NCBI GenBank assembly: GCA_043812935.1
Contig: JBDRLO010000024.1
Span: 9,295 to 73,294 of the forward strand
Source: Candidatus Omnitrophota bacterium
GTDB taxonomy: Bacteria > Omnitrophota > Gorgyraeia > Tantalellales > Tantalellaceae
Reading direction: 5' to 3'
DNA length: 64,000 nucleotides
Numbering within the stretch: position 1 is the first letter of the stretch; each line of letters begins with the position of its first letter. This document shows positions 20,077-30,004 of this stretch, piece after piece. Both the position numbers and the translations under genes were made by a program. Below the pieces are notes generated by a model. That model worked only from the letters and a program-made list of their open reading frames with translations, searched no databases and had not been told where the DNA came from.

Positions 20077-20337
20077 ATGATAAAAGTTGATATTGCAACG
20101 GCGCTTTTTTTATATCTATTTATTACCGCAATAGGCCTTCTGATCCTATGGTCATTTTTTAGTTTTGGTACCAAATTAAAAACTTTTAGCTTTGATGAAC
20201 AGCATATTTGGCGTTGTTCGATTTGCGCGCTTACCTACATAGATTCCCGGAATGAGTTGGTCTCAAGATGCCCGAGATGTAAAAGTTTTAACCAGCGCGT
20301 TAGTGATGAAAATAAATTTGTTTTAAAAAGTACCTAG
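20077..20337 (+). CDS. Small membrane protein with zinc ribbon
   Basis: N-terminal TM; CSIC...CPRC. Confidence 0.7.
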   Translation: MIKVDIATALFLYLFITAIGLLILWSFFSFGTKLKTFSFDEQHIWRCSICALTYIDSRNELVSRCPRCKSFNQRVSDENKFVLKST

Positions 20338-20401
20338 TATCATGTATAATTATTGAATTAAATACAGGCGGGATAAGACCAGAAGCGAGGAGAGGAGAAA
20401 A

Positions 20402-20602
20402 ATGATTACAAAAATAGGTATTGTTGCCGGTGAGATTTGGAACTATCTTGATAATCATAATAGATCTGCAACGATAACGGAATTTGAAAATGATCTTCAA
20501 AAACCTCACGATTTAATTTTGATGAGTGTTGGCTGGCTTGCGCGTGAAGGTCATGTTGTTGTAGATGGCGATTTTCCAAATTATGTAATAAAGTTAAAAT
20601 AA
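20402..20602 (+). CDS. Winged-helix domain protein (DUF2582-like)
   Basis: IGIVAGEIWNYL...MSVGWLAREG; AGGAG RBS. Confidence 0.8.
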   Translation: MITKIGIVAGEIWNYLDNHNRSATITEFENDLQKPHDLILMSVGWLAREGHVVVDGDFPNYVIKLK

Positions 20603-20609
20603 TATTTGT

Positions 20610-20685
20610 GGGGCAGTAGCTCAGTTGGGAGAGCATCACGTTCGCAACGTGGGGGTCGTGGGTTCGAATCCCATCTGCTCCACCA
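20610..20685 (+). tRNA. tRNA-Ala(CGC)
   Basis: GGGGCAG/CTGCTCC acceptor stem with G3.U70, anticodon loop TT-CGC-AA, GTTCGAATC T-loop, encoded CCA. Confidence 0.97.
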
Positions 20686-20761
20686 TTTTTTCTTTTCGAA
20701 AGAAAAGAAAAAATGTCTCGCCGAAGCCAGATAGTGTTAAAGTAAGTTGGCGAAGGCGGAC
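20686..20761. repeat. Two adjacent hairpins after the tRNA: 12-bp A/T stem with GAAA loop and a REP-like palindrome
   Basis: TTTTTTCTTTTC-GAAA-GAAAAGAAAAAA; GTCTCGCCGAAGCCA...TGGCGAAGGCGGAC. Confidence 0.65.
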
Positions 20762-20767
20762 GTGCTT

Positions 20768-20831
20768 GGTTTGCCGGTTAGCCGGTTAGCCGGTTATCCA
20801 GTTATCCGGTTAGCCGGTTATCCAGTTTACC
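20768..20831. repeat. Degenerate 8-bp tandem array (RGTTAKCC), 8 units
   Basis: ggtttgcc ggttagcc ggttagcc ggttatcc agttatcc ggttagcc ggttatcc agtttacc. Confidence 0.9.
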
Positions 20832-20881
20832 GGTATAGGTAATGAAAAAAGAAAAGGTAATAAACGTTACAAACAATAATT

Positions 20882-21076
20882 ATGGCGGAATATATTTGTC
20901 CACACTGTAAGAAACCTGTTTATGATGACGAAGCGCTTTTGTGTCTTTATTGCGGGGAAAATCTTGAAAGAGGCGTTGGGACTCTTGGTAAAATGAAATA
21001 TTCTTCACATTGGATGATATTTGCCGGGATTGTTTTATTTGTGATACTTGCGTTTGTTTTGCTAATGTGTTTTTAA
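20882..21076 (+). CDS. Small zinc-ribbon protein with C-terminal TM
   Basis: CPHC...CLYCG, hydrophobic C-terminus. Confidence 0.7.
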   Translation: MAEYICPHCKKPVYDDEALLCLYCGENLERGVGTLGKMKYSSHWMIFAGIVLFVILAFVLLMCF

Positions 21077-21101
21077 AAGATAGAAAATGAGGAATTGTAG
21101 T

Positions 21102-21494
21102 ATGATTAAAAAAACGTTTATTATTGTAACTGCCGTGATAGTTTTTGCTGCATTGGTTATAGGTGGTTTAAAAGTTTATGAAGCTAAAGAAATAATGAAC
21201 ATGCAGATTGATGAAATAGATCTTTCAAATGTGCCGGACGGTGTTTATGCGGGTGAAGAAAAATATATGACTTTTGTGTGCAAAGTTAAAGTGACTGTTA
21301 AGAAAAACCAAATAGTTGATATAGAGGCTTATGAAGGGCGAGAGAGTGAATATGTTGAAAGAGCGAAAGAAGTTGCGGACAGGGTGATCGCGAATCAGTC
21401 ACTTGAAGTTGATACGGTTACAGGCGCTACTGTTACAAGTAAAGCTATCCTTAAAGCAATAGAAAACGCGTTAAAATCTTCACGCATTGACTAA
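21102..21494 (+). CDS. FMN-binding (flavinylated) domain protein, membrane anchored
   Basis: DGVYAG, VDTVTGATVTS flavinylation motif (D-x2-[ST]-GAT). Confidence 0.85.
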   Translation: MIKKTFIIVTAVIVFAALVIGGLKVYEAKEIMNMQIDEIDLSNVPDGVYAGEEKYMTFVCKVKVTVKKNQIVDIEAYEGRESEYVERAKEVADRVIANQSLEVDTVTGATVTSKAILKAIENALKSSRID

Positions 21495-21602
21495 ATGCAG
21501 ATGATCTTTACATCCAGATAGCTGTCGTAAAATTTTTAAATTTTTTAGTTTTCAAATGTATATGTTATAATATGCTGTAAATTGAAAATGCGGGAGCATC
21601 TT

Positions 21603-23165
21603 ATGAAAAAAATTGTTCTGATCGCAAGTATGATATTAATGCTGAATACGGGTGTTGAGGATGCCGTAAGTAAACAGGCTGATTTAGCGGGTATTTGGTA
21701 TCCTGGTTCTCCGGAAAAACTGAAAGCGGAAGTCGCGACGTATTTAAATAATGCTCAGGTTGGACATATTAACGGAAACATTATCGGCGCAATAGCGCCT
21801 CATGCGGGTATCAGGTTTTCCGGACCGATTGCGGCATATACTTACAGGGCTTTAGCCGGGCAAAATTTAACAAAACTGGTTATAGTTGGGTTTTCGCATA
21901 AGTACTATTTTCCTAATACCGTATCAGTTTTTTCTGACGATAGTTTTATCACACCGCTTGGAAGCATAAAAATAGATATGCCGCTTTCCGAAAAAATTAT
22001 GGCAAGTAACCCTAGTATTAAAAACTTTCCGGAAGCGTTTGCCTCAGAGAATTCAATCGAACTTCAGCTCCCGTTTATTCAAACCGTTTTTGGCGATAAT
22101 ATCCAGGTTGTACTTATATCTCTTTGCGATCAAAGCAAAGAAAATGCAGAAATGTTGGCAGACACGCTTTATAAAGTTTTAAAAGATGAAAAAAATTTTG
22201 CTGTGGTTGCGTCGACTGATATGTGCCATTATTTGTCGTATTTTGAAGCGGAAAGAAGGGATAGGAATACGATCAAAGAGATACAGGCGTTTGAACCTGA
22301 ACTTTTTTATTTAGCAAGCGCTAAAGAAGACCATAAACTTATGTGCGGCTACGGCGCAGTATACGCGGTTATGGAAACAAGCAAAAAACTTGGAGCGGAT
22401 AAGTCAATTGTTTTAAAATATGGCAATTCCGGAGATTTTGCGCCGCAGACAAAAAACAGTGTGGTTGGTTATTTGAGCGCTTTATTTATTAAAACTGCCG
22501 AAGAAGATAATACAAATGTTGTTGGAGACGAAAAAAATACAGAGATCAATTTTCCAGAAACCTCGGAAACAGAAGATGCTGTTCAGGGTAAAAAGGAGGA
22601 AATCGGCATGTTAAATGAAGCCCAAAGAAAAGAACTTTTGAAAATTGCCAGAGATTCAATAAAGCTTTATCTTGAAAAGGGTAAGCGGTTAAACGTGCAG
22701 ACGGATGATGCCCTGCTTAAAGAGAATATGGGCGCTTTTGTAACTTTGCATGAAACCGGTAGATTGCGGGGATGTATCGGAAGGATAATTGCGGCAGGCC
22801 CGCTTTATCTTGCTGTGCGGGATATGGCAATAGCCGCGGCAGTAGAGGATCCAAGATTTAGGCCGTTGAGTTTGGATGAACTGGGTAAGGTGGATATTGA
22901 AATATCTGTTTTATCACCTATGAAAAAAATAAATGATTCTGACGAAATTGTTATGGGCAAACATGGGGTAATGATAAAGGACGGGTTAAGAAGCGGAGTT
23001 TATTTGCCGCAGGTTGCCGATGAAACGGGTTGGGACAGGGAAACTTTTATGAATAGTTTGTGTGTCAATAAGGCCGGCCTGTCTCAAGATGCTTGGAAAA
23101 CAGGTTCTTGCGAAATTTATGTTTTTACGGCGGAAGTTTTTGGCGAACATAATAAACCAGAATAA
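21603..23165 (+). CDS. AmmeMemoRadiSam system protein B (MEMO1-like) fused to protein A (AMMECR1-like)
   Basis: AGIWYP, APHAG, ENSIELQLPF, STDMCHY, NSGD, VVGY; then GAFVTL, LRGCIG, DPRF, EISVLSP, YLPQVA; N-terminal signal peptide. Confidence 0.9.
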   Translation: MKKIVLIASMILMLNTGVEDAVSKQADLAGIWYPGSPEKLKAEVATYLNNAQVGHINGNIIGAIAPHAGIRFSGPIAAYTYRALAGQNLTKLVIVGFSHKYYFPNTVSVFSDDSFITPLGSIKIDMPLSEKIMASNPSIKNFPEAFASENSIELQLPFIQTVFGDNIQVVLISLCDQSKENAEMLADTLYKVLKDEKNFAVVASTDMCHYLSYFEAERRDRNTIKEIQAFEPELFYLASAKEDHKLMCGYGAVYAVMETSKKLGADKSIVLKYGNSGDFAPQTKNSVVGYLSALFIKTAEEDNTNVVGDEKNTEINFPETSETEDAVQGKKEEIGMLNEAQRKELLKIARDSIKLYLEKGKRLNVQTDDALLKENMGAFVTLHETGRLRGCIGRIIAAGPLYLAVRDMAIAAAVEDPRFRPLSLDELGKVDIEISVLSPMKKINDSDEIVMGKHGVMIKDGLRSGVYLPQVADETGWDRETFMNSLCVNKAGLSQDAWKTGSCEIYVFTAEVFGEHNKPE

Positions 23166-23196
23166 AGTTGCAGTATAAATAAAAACAGGAAAAAAC

Positions 23197-23934
23197 GTGA
23201 GCCGATTTTATGTTCCGAAAGAAAATGTCCGGGGAAGAGAAATTGTAATTGAGGGCAGGGAAGCGCATCATGTTGCGGATGTGATGAGGCTTCAACCTGA
23301 CGATAAGATTGTTGTTTTTGATGGTACCGGAAATGAATATACCGGTTTCATTAAAAAGGTTAACAAGAAAACAAAGAGAATCATAATTGAAATAGTGTCA
23401 ACTAAACATCCTTTGGCAGAGAAAAGTCCGGAAATAGTTTTGGCGCAGGCGCTTCCTAAAAAAGATAAAATGGACTATATTGTTGAAAAATCTGTGGAAT
23501 TAGGAGTTTCTCGGATAGTTCCGCTAATAACCAAAAGAACGATTGTACGGCCTGGTGAGGCCGGAGGTAGAAAGAAAGTTGAAAGATGGGGCAAGATCGC
23601 GGTTGAAGCTTCTAAACAATGCGGCAGGTTAAACGTGCCGCGTATAGACGATATTGCGTTATATAGTAATATGGTTCAGGAACTGGAAGAATATGATCTT
23701 GTTGTGTTTGCCTGTTTGATGCAGAGGACGGTTTCTATAAAAAAGGTGTTATCAGATTTTAAAACCGGAAAAATCCTTGTTTTTGTAGGACCGGAAGGTG
23801 ATTTTACTCCGGAAGAAGTATTTTTGGCGGATAGAGGTAATACCCGTTTTGTGTCATTAGGAAGAAGAGTATTAAAAAGTGATACTGCCGGCCTTTTTAT
23901 CCTGTCTGTGCTTAGCTATGAGTTTTCAATGTAG
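23197..23934 (+). CDS. rsmE: 16S rRNA m3U1498 methyltransferase
   Basis: HHVADVMRL, EKSVELGV, EASKQCGR, VGPEGDF, LGRRVLKSDTA. Confidence 0.93.
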   Translation: MSRFYVPKENVRGREIVIEGREAHHVADVMRLQPDDKIVVFDGTGNEYTGFIKKVNKKTKRIIIEIVSTKHPLAEKSPEIVLAQALPKKDKMDYIVEKSVELGVSRIVPLITKRTIVRPGEAGGRKKVERWGKIAVEASKQCGRLNVPRIDDIALYSNMVQELEEYDLVVFACLMQRTVSIKKVLSDFKTGKILVFVGPEGDFTPEEVFLADRGNTRFVSLGRRVLKSDTAGLFILSVLSYEFSM

Positions 23935-23972
23935 TCCTTGCGGTATAATCCATAAATAATAATTAAGGCTAA

Positions 23973-25208
23973 ATGATGAAGTTTTGCATAAAAACATTAG
24001 GTTGTAAAGTTAATCAGTATGAGGAACAGGTTCTCCGTGAAAATTTATCCCGGATAGGATTTGACGAAACTTCCGCGGAAAATGCTGACGTAGCAGTTGT
24101 TAATTCCTGTACGGTAACCGGACAGGCCGATAGTAAAACACGAAACCTGATTCGTAAATTAAAACGTGAAAATGAAAAACTGAAGATATTTGTTACGGGT
24201 TGTTACGCGATTTTTGATGAGGATATTAAAAACTTAAAAGCGCTGCCGGAAGTCTATAAAGTAATTTCTGGTAAAGACAAGATGAAACTTCCGGAAATTT
24301 TCAGCGCGTTGTTTTATGAAGGCAAAACTGCCGTAAATATGGAAGAAGGGATTTCAAGTTTTGGTTCACATTCAAGAGCATTTTTAAAAATACAGGACGG
24401 ATGCGGACATAAATGTTCTTATTGTAAAGTTGGATTAGTCCGCGGACCGTCCCGCAGCCGCGATGAACGTGCGATTATTGATGAACTGGTTCTTTTACAC
24501 AAAAAAGGATATAACGAAATTGTACTGACGGGTATTTGTTTAGGCGCGTGGACAGGATCTGACGACCTGACTTTTCCGGAGCTTTTGCGGAAAATTGATA
24601 ATCTGCAAGGGAGTTTTCGTGTTAGGTTGAGTTCTATTGAACCGGATTATGTAAATGACGCGTTAATTGAAACTTTTTTTTCTTCGCGCAGAATCTGTCA
24701 GCATTTGCATATCCCTTTGCAGAGCGGTTCGGATAAAATATTAAAACTTATGAGAAGACGATATTGCACTAAAGACTTTGAACTTTTGGTATATAAACTC
24801 CGGAGTAAAATGCCTTTAATAGGAATAACAATGGATGTTATTGCCGGGTTTCCGGGGGAAACCGAAACGGATTTTAATGAAACAATAAACTTTATTGACC
24901 GGATAAAACCGTCACGGTTGCATGTGTTTAGATATAGTGACCGGAAGGGAACGGCTTCTTTTTTGTTGAAAGATAAAGTACCTGTTGAAACTACTAAAAG
25001 GAGAGTGGAGGAATTAATCGGCAGAGCAAAACTATGGGAAAAAGAGTTTTCAGAAAAATTTATCGGAAAAGAAGTGAAAGTTTTAGTTGAACGACAGTCA
25101 AATTCTGATTACATGGAAGGTTATACCGGAGAATATGTCAAGATGACGCTGAGCGGAGTAACGGCACGGGAAGGGGAACTTGTAAGTGTTGTATATAAGA
25201 AACCGTGA
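23973..25208 (+). CDS. mtaB: tRNA t6A37 methylthiotransferase
   Basis: TLGCKVNQYE, NSCTVT, KIQDGCGHKCSYC, RLSSIEP, HLHIPLQSGSD. Confidence 0.9.
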   Translation: MMKFCIKTLGCKVNQYEEQVLRENLSRIGFDETSAENADVAVVNSCTVTGQADSKTRNLIRKLKRENEKLKIFVTGCYAIFDEDIKNLKALPEVYKVISGKDKMKLPEIFSALFYEGKTAVNMEEGISSFGSHSRAFLKIQDGCGHKCSYCKVGLVRGPSRSRDERAIIDELVLLHKKGYNEIVLTGICLGAWTGSDDLTFPELLRKIDNLQGSFRVRLSSIEPDYVNDALIETFFSSRRICQHLHIPLQSGSDKILKLMRRRYCTKDFELLVYKLRSKMPLIGITMDVIAGFPGETETDFNETINFIDRIKPSRLHVFRYSDRKGTASFLLKDKVPVETTKRRVEELIGRAKLWEKEFSEKFIGKEVKVLVERQSNSDYMEGYTGEYVKMTLSGVTAREGELVSVVYKKP

Positions 25209-25258
25209 ATTAACAGTGAAATCTTAAAATTTGGTTTATGGAGTTATCCGGGGGGATA

Positions 25259-26542
25259 ATGAAATTTATTTGTGATTTTCATGTGCATTCGCATTTTTCC
25301 AGGGCAACAAGCAAACAGCTTGTTCCGGAATATTTGGATTATTGGGCAAGGGTGAAAGGGATAAAAGTAGTTGGAACCGGGGATTTTACCCATCCGGAAT
25401 GGGTCTCGGAACTAAAAGAAAAACTTGAGTTTGCTGAACCGGGACTTTTTAAGTTAAAAAAGAAATACAAAAACACAATTCCGGCGTTGTGTCCTGAAAA
25501 ATTTGATGATATAAGGTTTTTACTCAGCGCGGAAATAAGCAATATATACAAGAAGGGCGGAACAGTAAGAAAAATTCATAGCCTTATTCTTGCTCCGGGT
25601 TTTGAGGCTGTGGAAAAAGTGCAGCATAAACTTGCGCAAAGAGGGGCAAACATTGTTTCTGATGGAAGGCCAATATTAGGTATGGATGTAAAAGACCTTT
25701 TAAGTTTATTCTTGGATGTTTCCGGAGATTTTGTTTTTATTCCGGCGCATATCTGGACTCCCTGGTTTTCCGTTCTAGGGTCAAAATCCGGATTTAATTC
25801 GGTTAGAGAATGTTTTGAAGAGTTGTCAGACTATATTTGTGCGGTTGAAACCGGGCTTTCCACGGATCCTTCTATGCATTGGTTATGCAGTTTTCTTGAT
25901 GAGTATACGCTTATTTCGAATTCGGACGCGCATTCACCTGAAAAACTGGGCAGAAATGCTAATATTTTTAACACAGAATTGACTTATGGCGCGATAGTTA
26001 ACGCGTTGAAAAACACAGGGCAAAACAGGAACGCATTTGTCGGGACAATTGATCTTTTTCCTCAAGAGGGAAAATATTATTATGATGGGCATCGTAAATG
26101 CCGCGTGTGTTTGAATCCAAAAGATACTATTCTAAATAACGGTGTTTGCCCTGTTTGCGGCAGCAATGTTACAATAGGTGTAAAAAACAGGGTTTTACAA
26201 TTAGCAGATAGAGAAGACGGGTTAAAAAGAAACAATAAGAAACCTTTTTATTCAATTATTCCGTTAAAAGAGATACTTTCTGAGATTTCAGGAACTTTAC
26301 CGGCTTCAAAAAAAGTAAATAAACTTTATTGGGAAATAATAAAAAAGACCGGATCTGAATTAGAACTTTTACTGGAGATGAGTATCAGCGAAATTGAAAA
26401 AAATAGTAATGAAGTATTAGCAGAAGCTGTACAGAGAATGAGAAATAAAAAAGTTTTTCTTAACCCGGGTTTTGATGGCGAATATGGTAGAATTACGCTT
26501 TTCAAAACTGCGGAAAACCAGAAAAATTCTCCAATTCATTAA
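25259..26542 (+). CDS. Endonuclease Q family protein (PHP domain + zinc ribbon)
   Basis: DFHVHSHFSRATS, GTGDFTHP, PAHIWTPWF, SNSDAHS, GKYYYDGHRKC, CPVCG, PGFDGEYG. Confidence 0.88.
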   Translation: MKFICDFHVHSHFSRATSKQLVPEYLDYWARVKGIKVVGTGDFTHPEWVSELKEKLEFAEPGLFKLKKKYKNTIPALCPEKFDDIRFLLSAEISNIYKKGGTVRKIHSLILAPGFEAVEKVQHKLAQRGANIVSDGRPILGMDVKDLLSLFLDVSGDFVFIPAHIWTPWFSVLGSKSGFNSVRECFEELSDYICAVETGLSTDPSMHWLCSFLDEYTLISNSDAHSPEKLGRNANIFNTELTYGAIVNALKNTGQNRNAFVGTIDLFPQEGKYYYDGHRKCRVCLNPKDTILNNGVCPVCGSNVTIGVKNRVLQLADREDGLKRNNKKPFYSIIPLKEILSEISGTLPASKKVNKLYWEIIKKTGSELELLLEMSISEIEKNSNEVLAEAVQRMRNKKVFLNPGFDGEYGRITLFKTAENQKNSPIH

Positions 26543-26589
26543 GTTAATAAACAGCAAGAACATGTTTTGCGGTTTTCTTTTCCCCTGGT

Positions 26590-26618
26590 TTGACAAGCTT
26601 ATTTTTATATGATATACT
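26590..26618 (+). promoter_or_regulatory. Sigma70 promoter upstream of cvpA-nif3-dnaG-rpoD
   Basis: TTGACA-17 bp-TATACT with extended -10 TG. Confidence 0.7.
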
Positions 26619-26642
26619 TTCAATTCCATTAGAGGGGAAGCC

Positions 26643-27200
26643 TTGCCTGAAATATTAAATGAAATTAACTGGGTGGACATACTTTTTGTAATTCTTTTGT
26701 TGGGAATGGTTTATAAAGGATTGCGAACTGGTGTGGGCGGACAAATACCTTCTTTAATAGGAGGATTTGTTCTCTTATATATTTCTATCGAGTATTACAG
26801 TTTTATGTCTGAAGCTATTTTTGGGTTTATGCTTCAGAAATGGACAAAACCAGCCTCATTTGTTATACTTGCGGCTGGTATTTTTGTTACGGTTAAAATT
26901 TTGGAAAGAGTGCTTAGTGTAATCGGTTCTGAGGAATTTTCCACGATAGAAAGGATAGGCGGCGCGGTTATAGGCGGGTTTCGCGCGTTTATGCTGTTTG
27001 GTGTTTTTGGAATAGTGTTTTTGCTTTTGCCGGTTGAGAATATACGCACATCGGTTGTAAATGGGTCAAAAACATGTAATGCGTTTATTAATATGGATTT
27101 GGAAATATATACATGGATGACTAAAATAATTAAGCCCAATGAAAAGAACAAAAAAGATGTTAAAGCATTGGAAAAAGAGTTATGTAACGATGGAGATTAA
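26643..27200 (+). CDS. CvpA (colicin V production) family membrane protein
   Basis: NWVDILFVILL...YKGLRTG, ERIGGAVIGGFRA; 4 TMs. Confidence 0.8.
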   Translation: MPEILNEINWVDILFVILLLGMVYKGLRTGVGGQIPSLIGGFVLLYISIEYYSFMSEAIFGFMLQKWTKPASFVILAAGIFVTVKILERVLSVIGSEEFSTIERIGGAVIGGFRAFMLFGVFGIVFLLLPVENIRTSVVNGSKTCNAFINMDLEIYTWMTKIIKPNEKNKKDVKALEKELCNDGD

Positions 27201-27239
27201 ATACTTCATTGTTACAAAGAAAGAACATGGGGGAGAAAG

Positions 27240-28196
27240 ATGAAATTAAAAACAATTTATGATCTTGCGGTAAAAAAAGGGTTAAAAGAGGATCAAAGAT
27301 CCAAAAGCACTATTAAGGAAGCAATCTTGGCTTCTAAAAAAGCTTATAAAAAAAGCAAAGGAATTGACAGAGAAGCTTTTGATATGGAAACTCTTAAACA
27401 TCCTTATAATGACACGCGCATATTAAATGGAACGGGCAGTGAGGAGATTAAGAATGTTTTAGTCGGCATAGATATTGAAGTGTCAGAGGTTTTGCTGGCA
27501 GACAGGTTAAGGGAGAAAGGAAATAAGGTTGACCTGATAATTTCGCATCATCCTTCAGGAAAAGCTTATGCACAGCTGCATAAGGTTATGGATATCCAGC
27601 CGTCTTTATGGGAGAAGTATGGGCTTACGAATGAAGTTGCGCAGGGGATTATGAAAGACAGGATCGAAGAGGTTGCGAGGGGGGTTGCTCCGGCAAATCA
27701 CGCTCGCGCAGTTGACGCGGCAAGACTTCTTGGTATTCCGTTTATGTGTATACATACTGCGGCGGACAATTGTGTAGCTCATTTTCTACAGAAGATTTTT
27801 GATCAAAAAAAACCTAAAAAACTGAATAATGTCCTGACGATATTAAAAAATATTCCCGAGTATAGACAGGCAATGAAAATGTCCGCAGGGCCTTTTTTGC
27901 TTATTGGAGAAGAAAATTCCGATGCTGGAAAAATATTTGTTGATATGACAGGCGGAACTTCCGGTCCGAATAAAATGTTCGCGAGGTTATCTCAAGCCGG
28001 TATAAAAACTATAATCGGAATGCATTGTAAGGAATCCGGATATAAAATTGCGAAATCTGAATTTTTGAACTATGTAATTGCCGGCCATATCGCAAGTGAC
28101 AATTTAGGGCTTAATTTATTATTAGACGAAGTTGACAGTAAAAAACAGTTAAAATATATAGAATGTTCGGGGTTTAAACGTATTAGGCATAGTTAA
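27240..28196 (+). CDS. NIF3/YbgI-like dinuclear metal-centre protein
   Basis: LVGID, ISHHP, HTAADN, DMTGGT, AGHIASDNLG. Confidence 0.8.
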   Translation: MKLKTIYDLAVKKGLKEDQRSKSTIKEAILASKKAYKKSKGIDREAFDMETLKHPYNDTRILNGTGSEEIKNVLVGIDIEVSEVLLADRLREKGNKVDLIISHHPSGKAYAQLHKVMDIQPSLWEKYGLTNEVAQGIMKDRIEEVARGVAPANHARAVDAARLLGIPFMCIHTAADNCVAHFLQKIFDQKKPKKLNNVLTILKNIPEYRQAMKMSAGPFLLIGEENSDAGKIFVDMTGGTSGPNKMFARLSQAGIKTIIGMHCKESGYKIAKSEFLNYVIAGHIASDNLGLNLLLDEVDSKKQLKYIECSGFKRIRHS

Positions 28197-28249
28197 AACA
28201 ACGTTAAGAATTATTGATTAGCTGCAAGGTAGAAGTGGTGATGTAATTT

Positions 28250-30004
28250 ATGGGAAGATATTCGCAGGAACTTATTGACCAGATACTTGATCGGTTGGAT
28301 ATAGTTGAAATAATAGCAGGTTATATAGGGCTTAAACGGGCGGGTAGAAATTTTAAATCGAATTGTCCGTTTCATAATGAAAAGACACCTTCTTTTGTTG
28401 TAAGCCCTGAAAAACAGATTTATCATTGTTTTGGATGCGGTGCCGGCGGTAATGCAATCGGGTTTGTGATGAAGTACGAAAATTTGACTTTCCCCGAAAC
28501 AATTATCGTCTTGGCAAATAAGGCAGGAGTTGAGCTTCCCCAATTGGAAAAGTTTAGTTCACAGGAAGACTCAATAACAGCGAAACTTTATGAAGTAAAC
28601 AAATTAGCGGCAGCATTTTTTCAGACATCTTTAAAAAGTGATGAGGGCAAAAAGGCGCAGGTTTATCTTAAAGCGAGAGATATTAGTTTTGAATCGGTAA
28701 AAAGATTTAAAATCGGATACGCGCTTTCAGGATGGGATAATTTCAGGAAGTATTGTGAAAAAAAGAAAATATCCGTAGAAGTTTTAAGAAAAGCAGGATT
28801 GGTTATTCCCGGGAAAAAAGGTGATTATGACAGGTTTCGTAAACGTATAATGTTTCCGATTTATAATGAACGGGGGCATATTGCAGCTTTCGGCGGACGG
28901 GTAATGGATGATTCTTTGCCGAAGTATATTAATTCGCCGGAAACGCCCGTTTACGTCAAAAGCAATGTGTTATATGGCCTGAATTTCAGTAAAAAAGGAA
29001 TTAGGGAAAACGGTTGTGTAATAATAGTAGAGGGATATCTGGATGTTATTGTGCCGTTTCAGTTTGGAATAACAAATGTTGTCGCAGCGTCCGGAACAGC
29101 TTTGACTTCGCGACAGGCCAGTATGCTTAAAAAGTATACTGATACCGCTGTAATGGTTTTTGATTCGGATCAAGCCGGAGAAGCGGCAAGCCTGCGAGGT
29201 TTGGATATTTTAATTGAGAATGAAATGAAGGTAAGGATAGCCAGACTGCCGGAAGGTGCTGACCCGGATAGTTATGTGCGTAAAAACGGAAAAGAAAAGT
29301 TTGAACTTTTAATCAAAAACGCGAAAGAATTATTTGACTATAAATTAGAGCTATTAGTAAAAAAATTTGGGATCAATAACGTTGGCGATATTGCTGCGGA
29401 GATGCTCCCGACAATATCCAAAGTTGTTAATGCGGTAGTAAAAGCTGATTATATCAGGAAACTTGCGGGATATTTAAGAGTCCCAGAAAACTCATTGCGC
29501 CAGGAATTAAAAAAAGTTAAGCCGGAGTATTCCTATAAATCTTTGTTGCAGGCGGAAACAAAGAAAAAAAAGCGTACGCATATAAAAAGTGAACTGCATC
29601 TTTTAGGGCTTGCGGTTGTGGATGTAACGGTGTTTCGTTTGATCCAGGAAGAATTGGGGTTGGATAAATTCAGGGATGAAACTGTAATAAAGATATTAAA
29701 TATTATCAGTGATTTTTTTGAAAACGGCGCGATGAATATACCGCCCAGCAAAATTTTAGCGCGAATACAGGATGATGAGGACGCGAATGGAGTATTATTT
29801 GAAGCCTTAAATAAGGCCGAAATAACGGAAGAACCCTTAAAGGCAGCTCGTGAATGTATAACGTATATATTAAAAGAAAACAAGAAAACCGCGTTAAGTG
29901 AGCTTACATATCAATTAAAAAAAGCTCAGGAAGTAAACGATAATAGCGCTGTAAACGATTTGATATTAAAAATAAACAAGCTTCATAAAGAGAAAGTTAT
30001 ATGA
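28250..30004 (+). CDS. dnaG: DNA primase
   Basis: [40 protein letters not shown]. Confidence 0.98.
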   Translation: MGRYSQELIDQILDRLDIVEIIAGYIGLKRAGRNFKSNCPFHNEKTPSFVVSPEKQIYHCFGCGAGGNAIGFVMKYENLTFPETIIVLANKAGVELPQLEKFSSQEDSITAKLYEVNKLAAAFFQTSLKSDEGKKAQVYLKARDISFESVKRFKIGYALSGWDNFRKYCEKKKISVEVLRKAGLVIPGKKGDYDRFRKRIMFPIYNERGHIAAFGGRVMDDSLPKYINSPETPVYVKSNVLYGLNFSKKGIRENGCVIIVEGYLDVIVPFQFGITNVVAASGTALTSRQASMLKKYTDTAVMVFDSDQAGEAASLRGLDILIENEMKVRIARLPEGADPDSYVRKNGKEKFELLIKNAKELFDYKLELLVKKFGINNVGDIAAEMLPTISKVVNAVVKADYIRKLAGYLRVPENSLRQELKKVKPEYSYKSLLQAETKKKKRTHIKSELHLLGLAVVDVTVFRLIQEELGLDKFRDETVIKILNIISDFFENGAMNIPPSKILARIQDDEDANGVLFEALNKAEITEEPLKAARECITYILKENKKTALSELTYQLKKAQEVNDNSAVNDLILKINKLHKEKVI

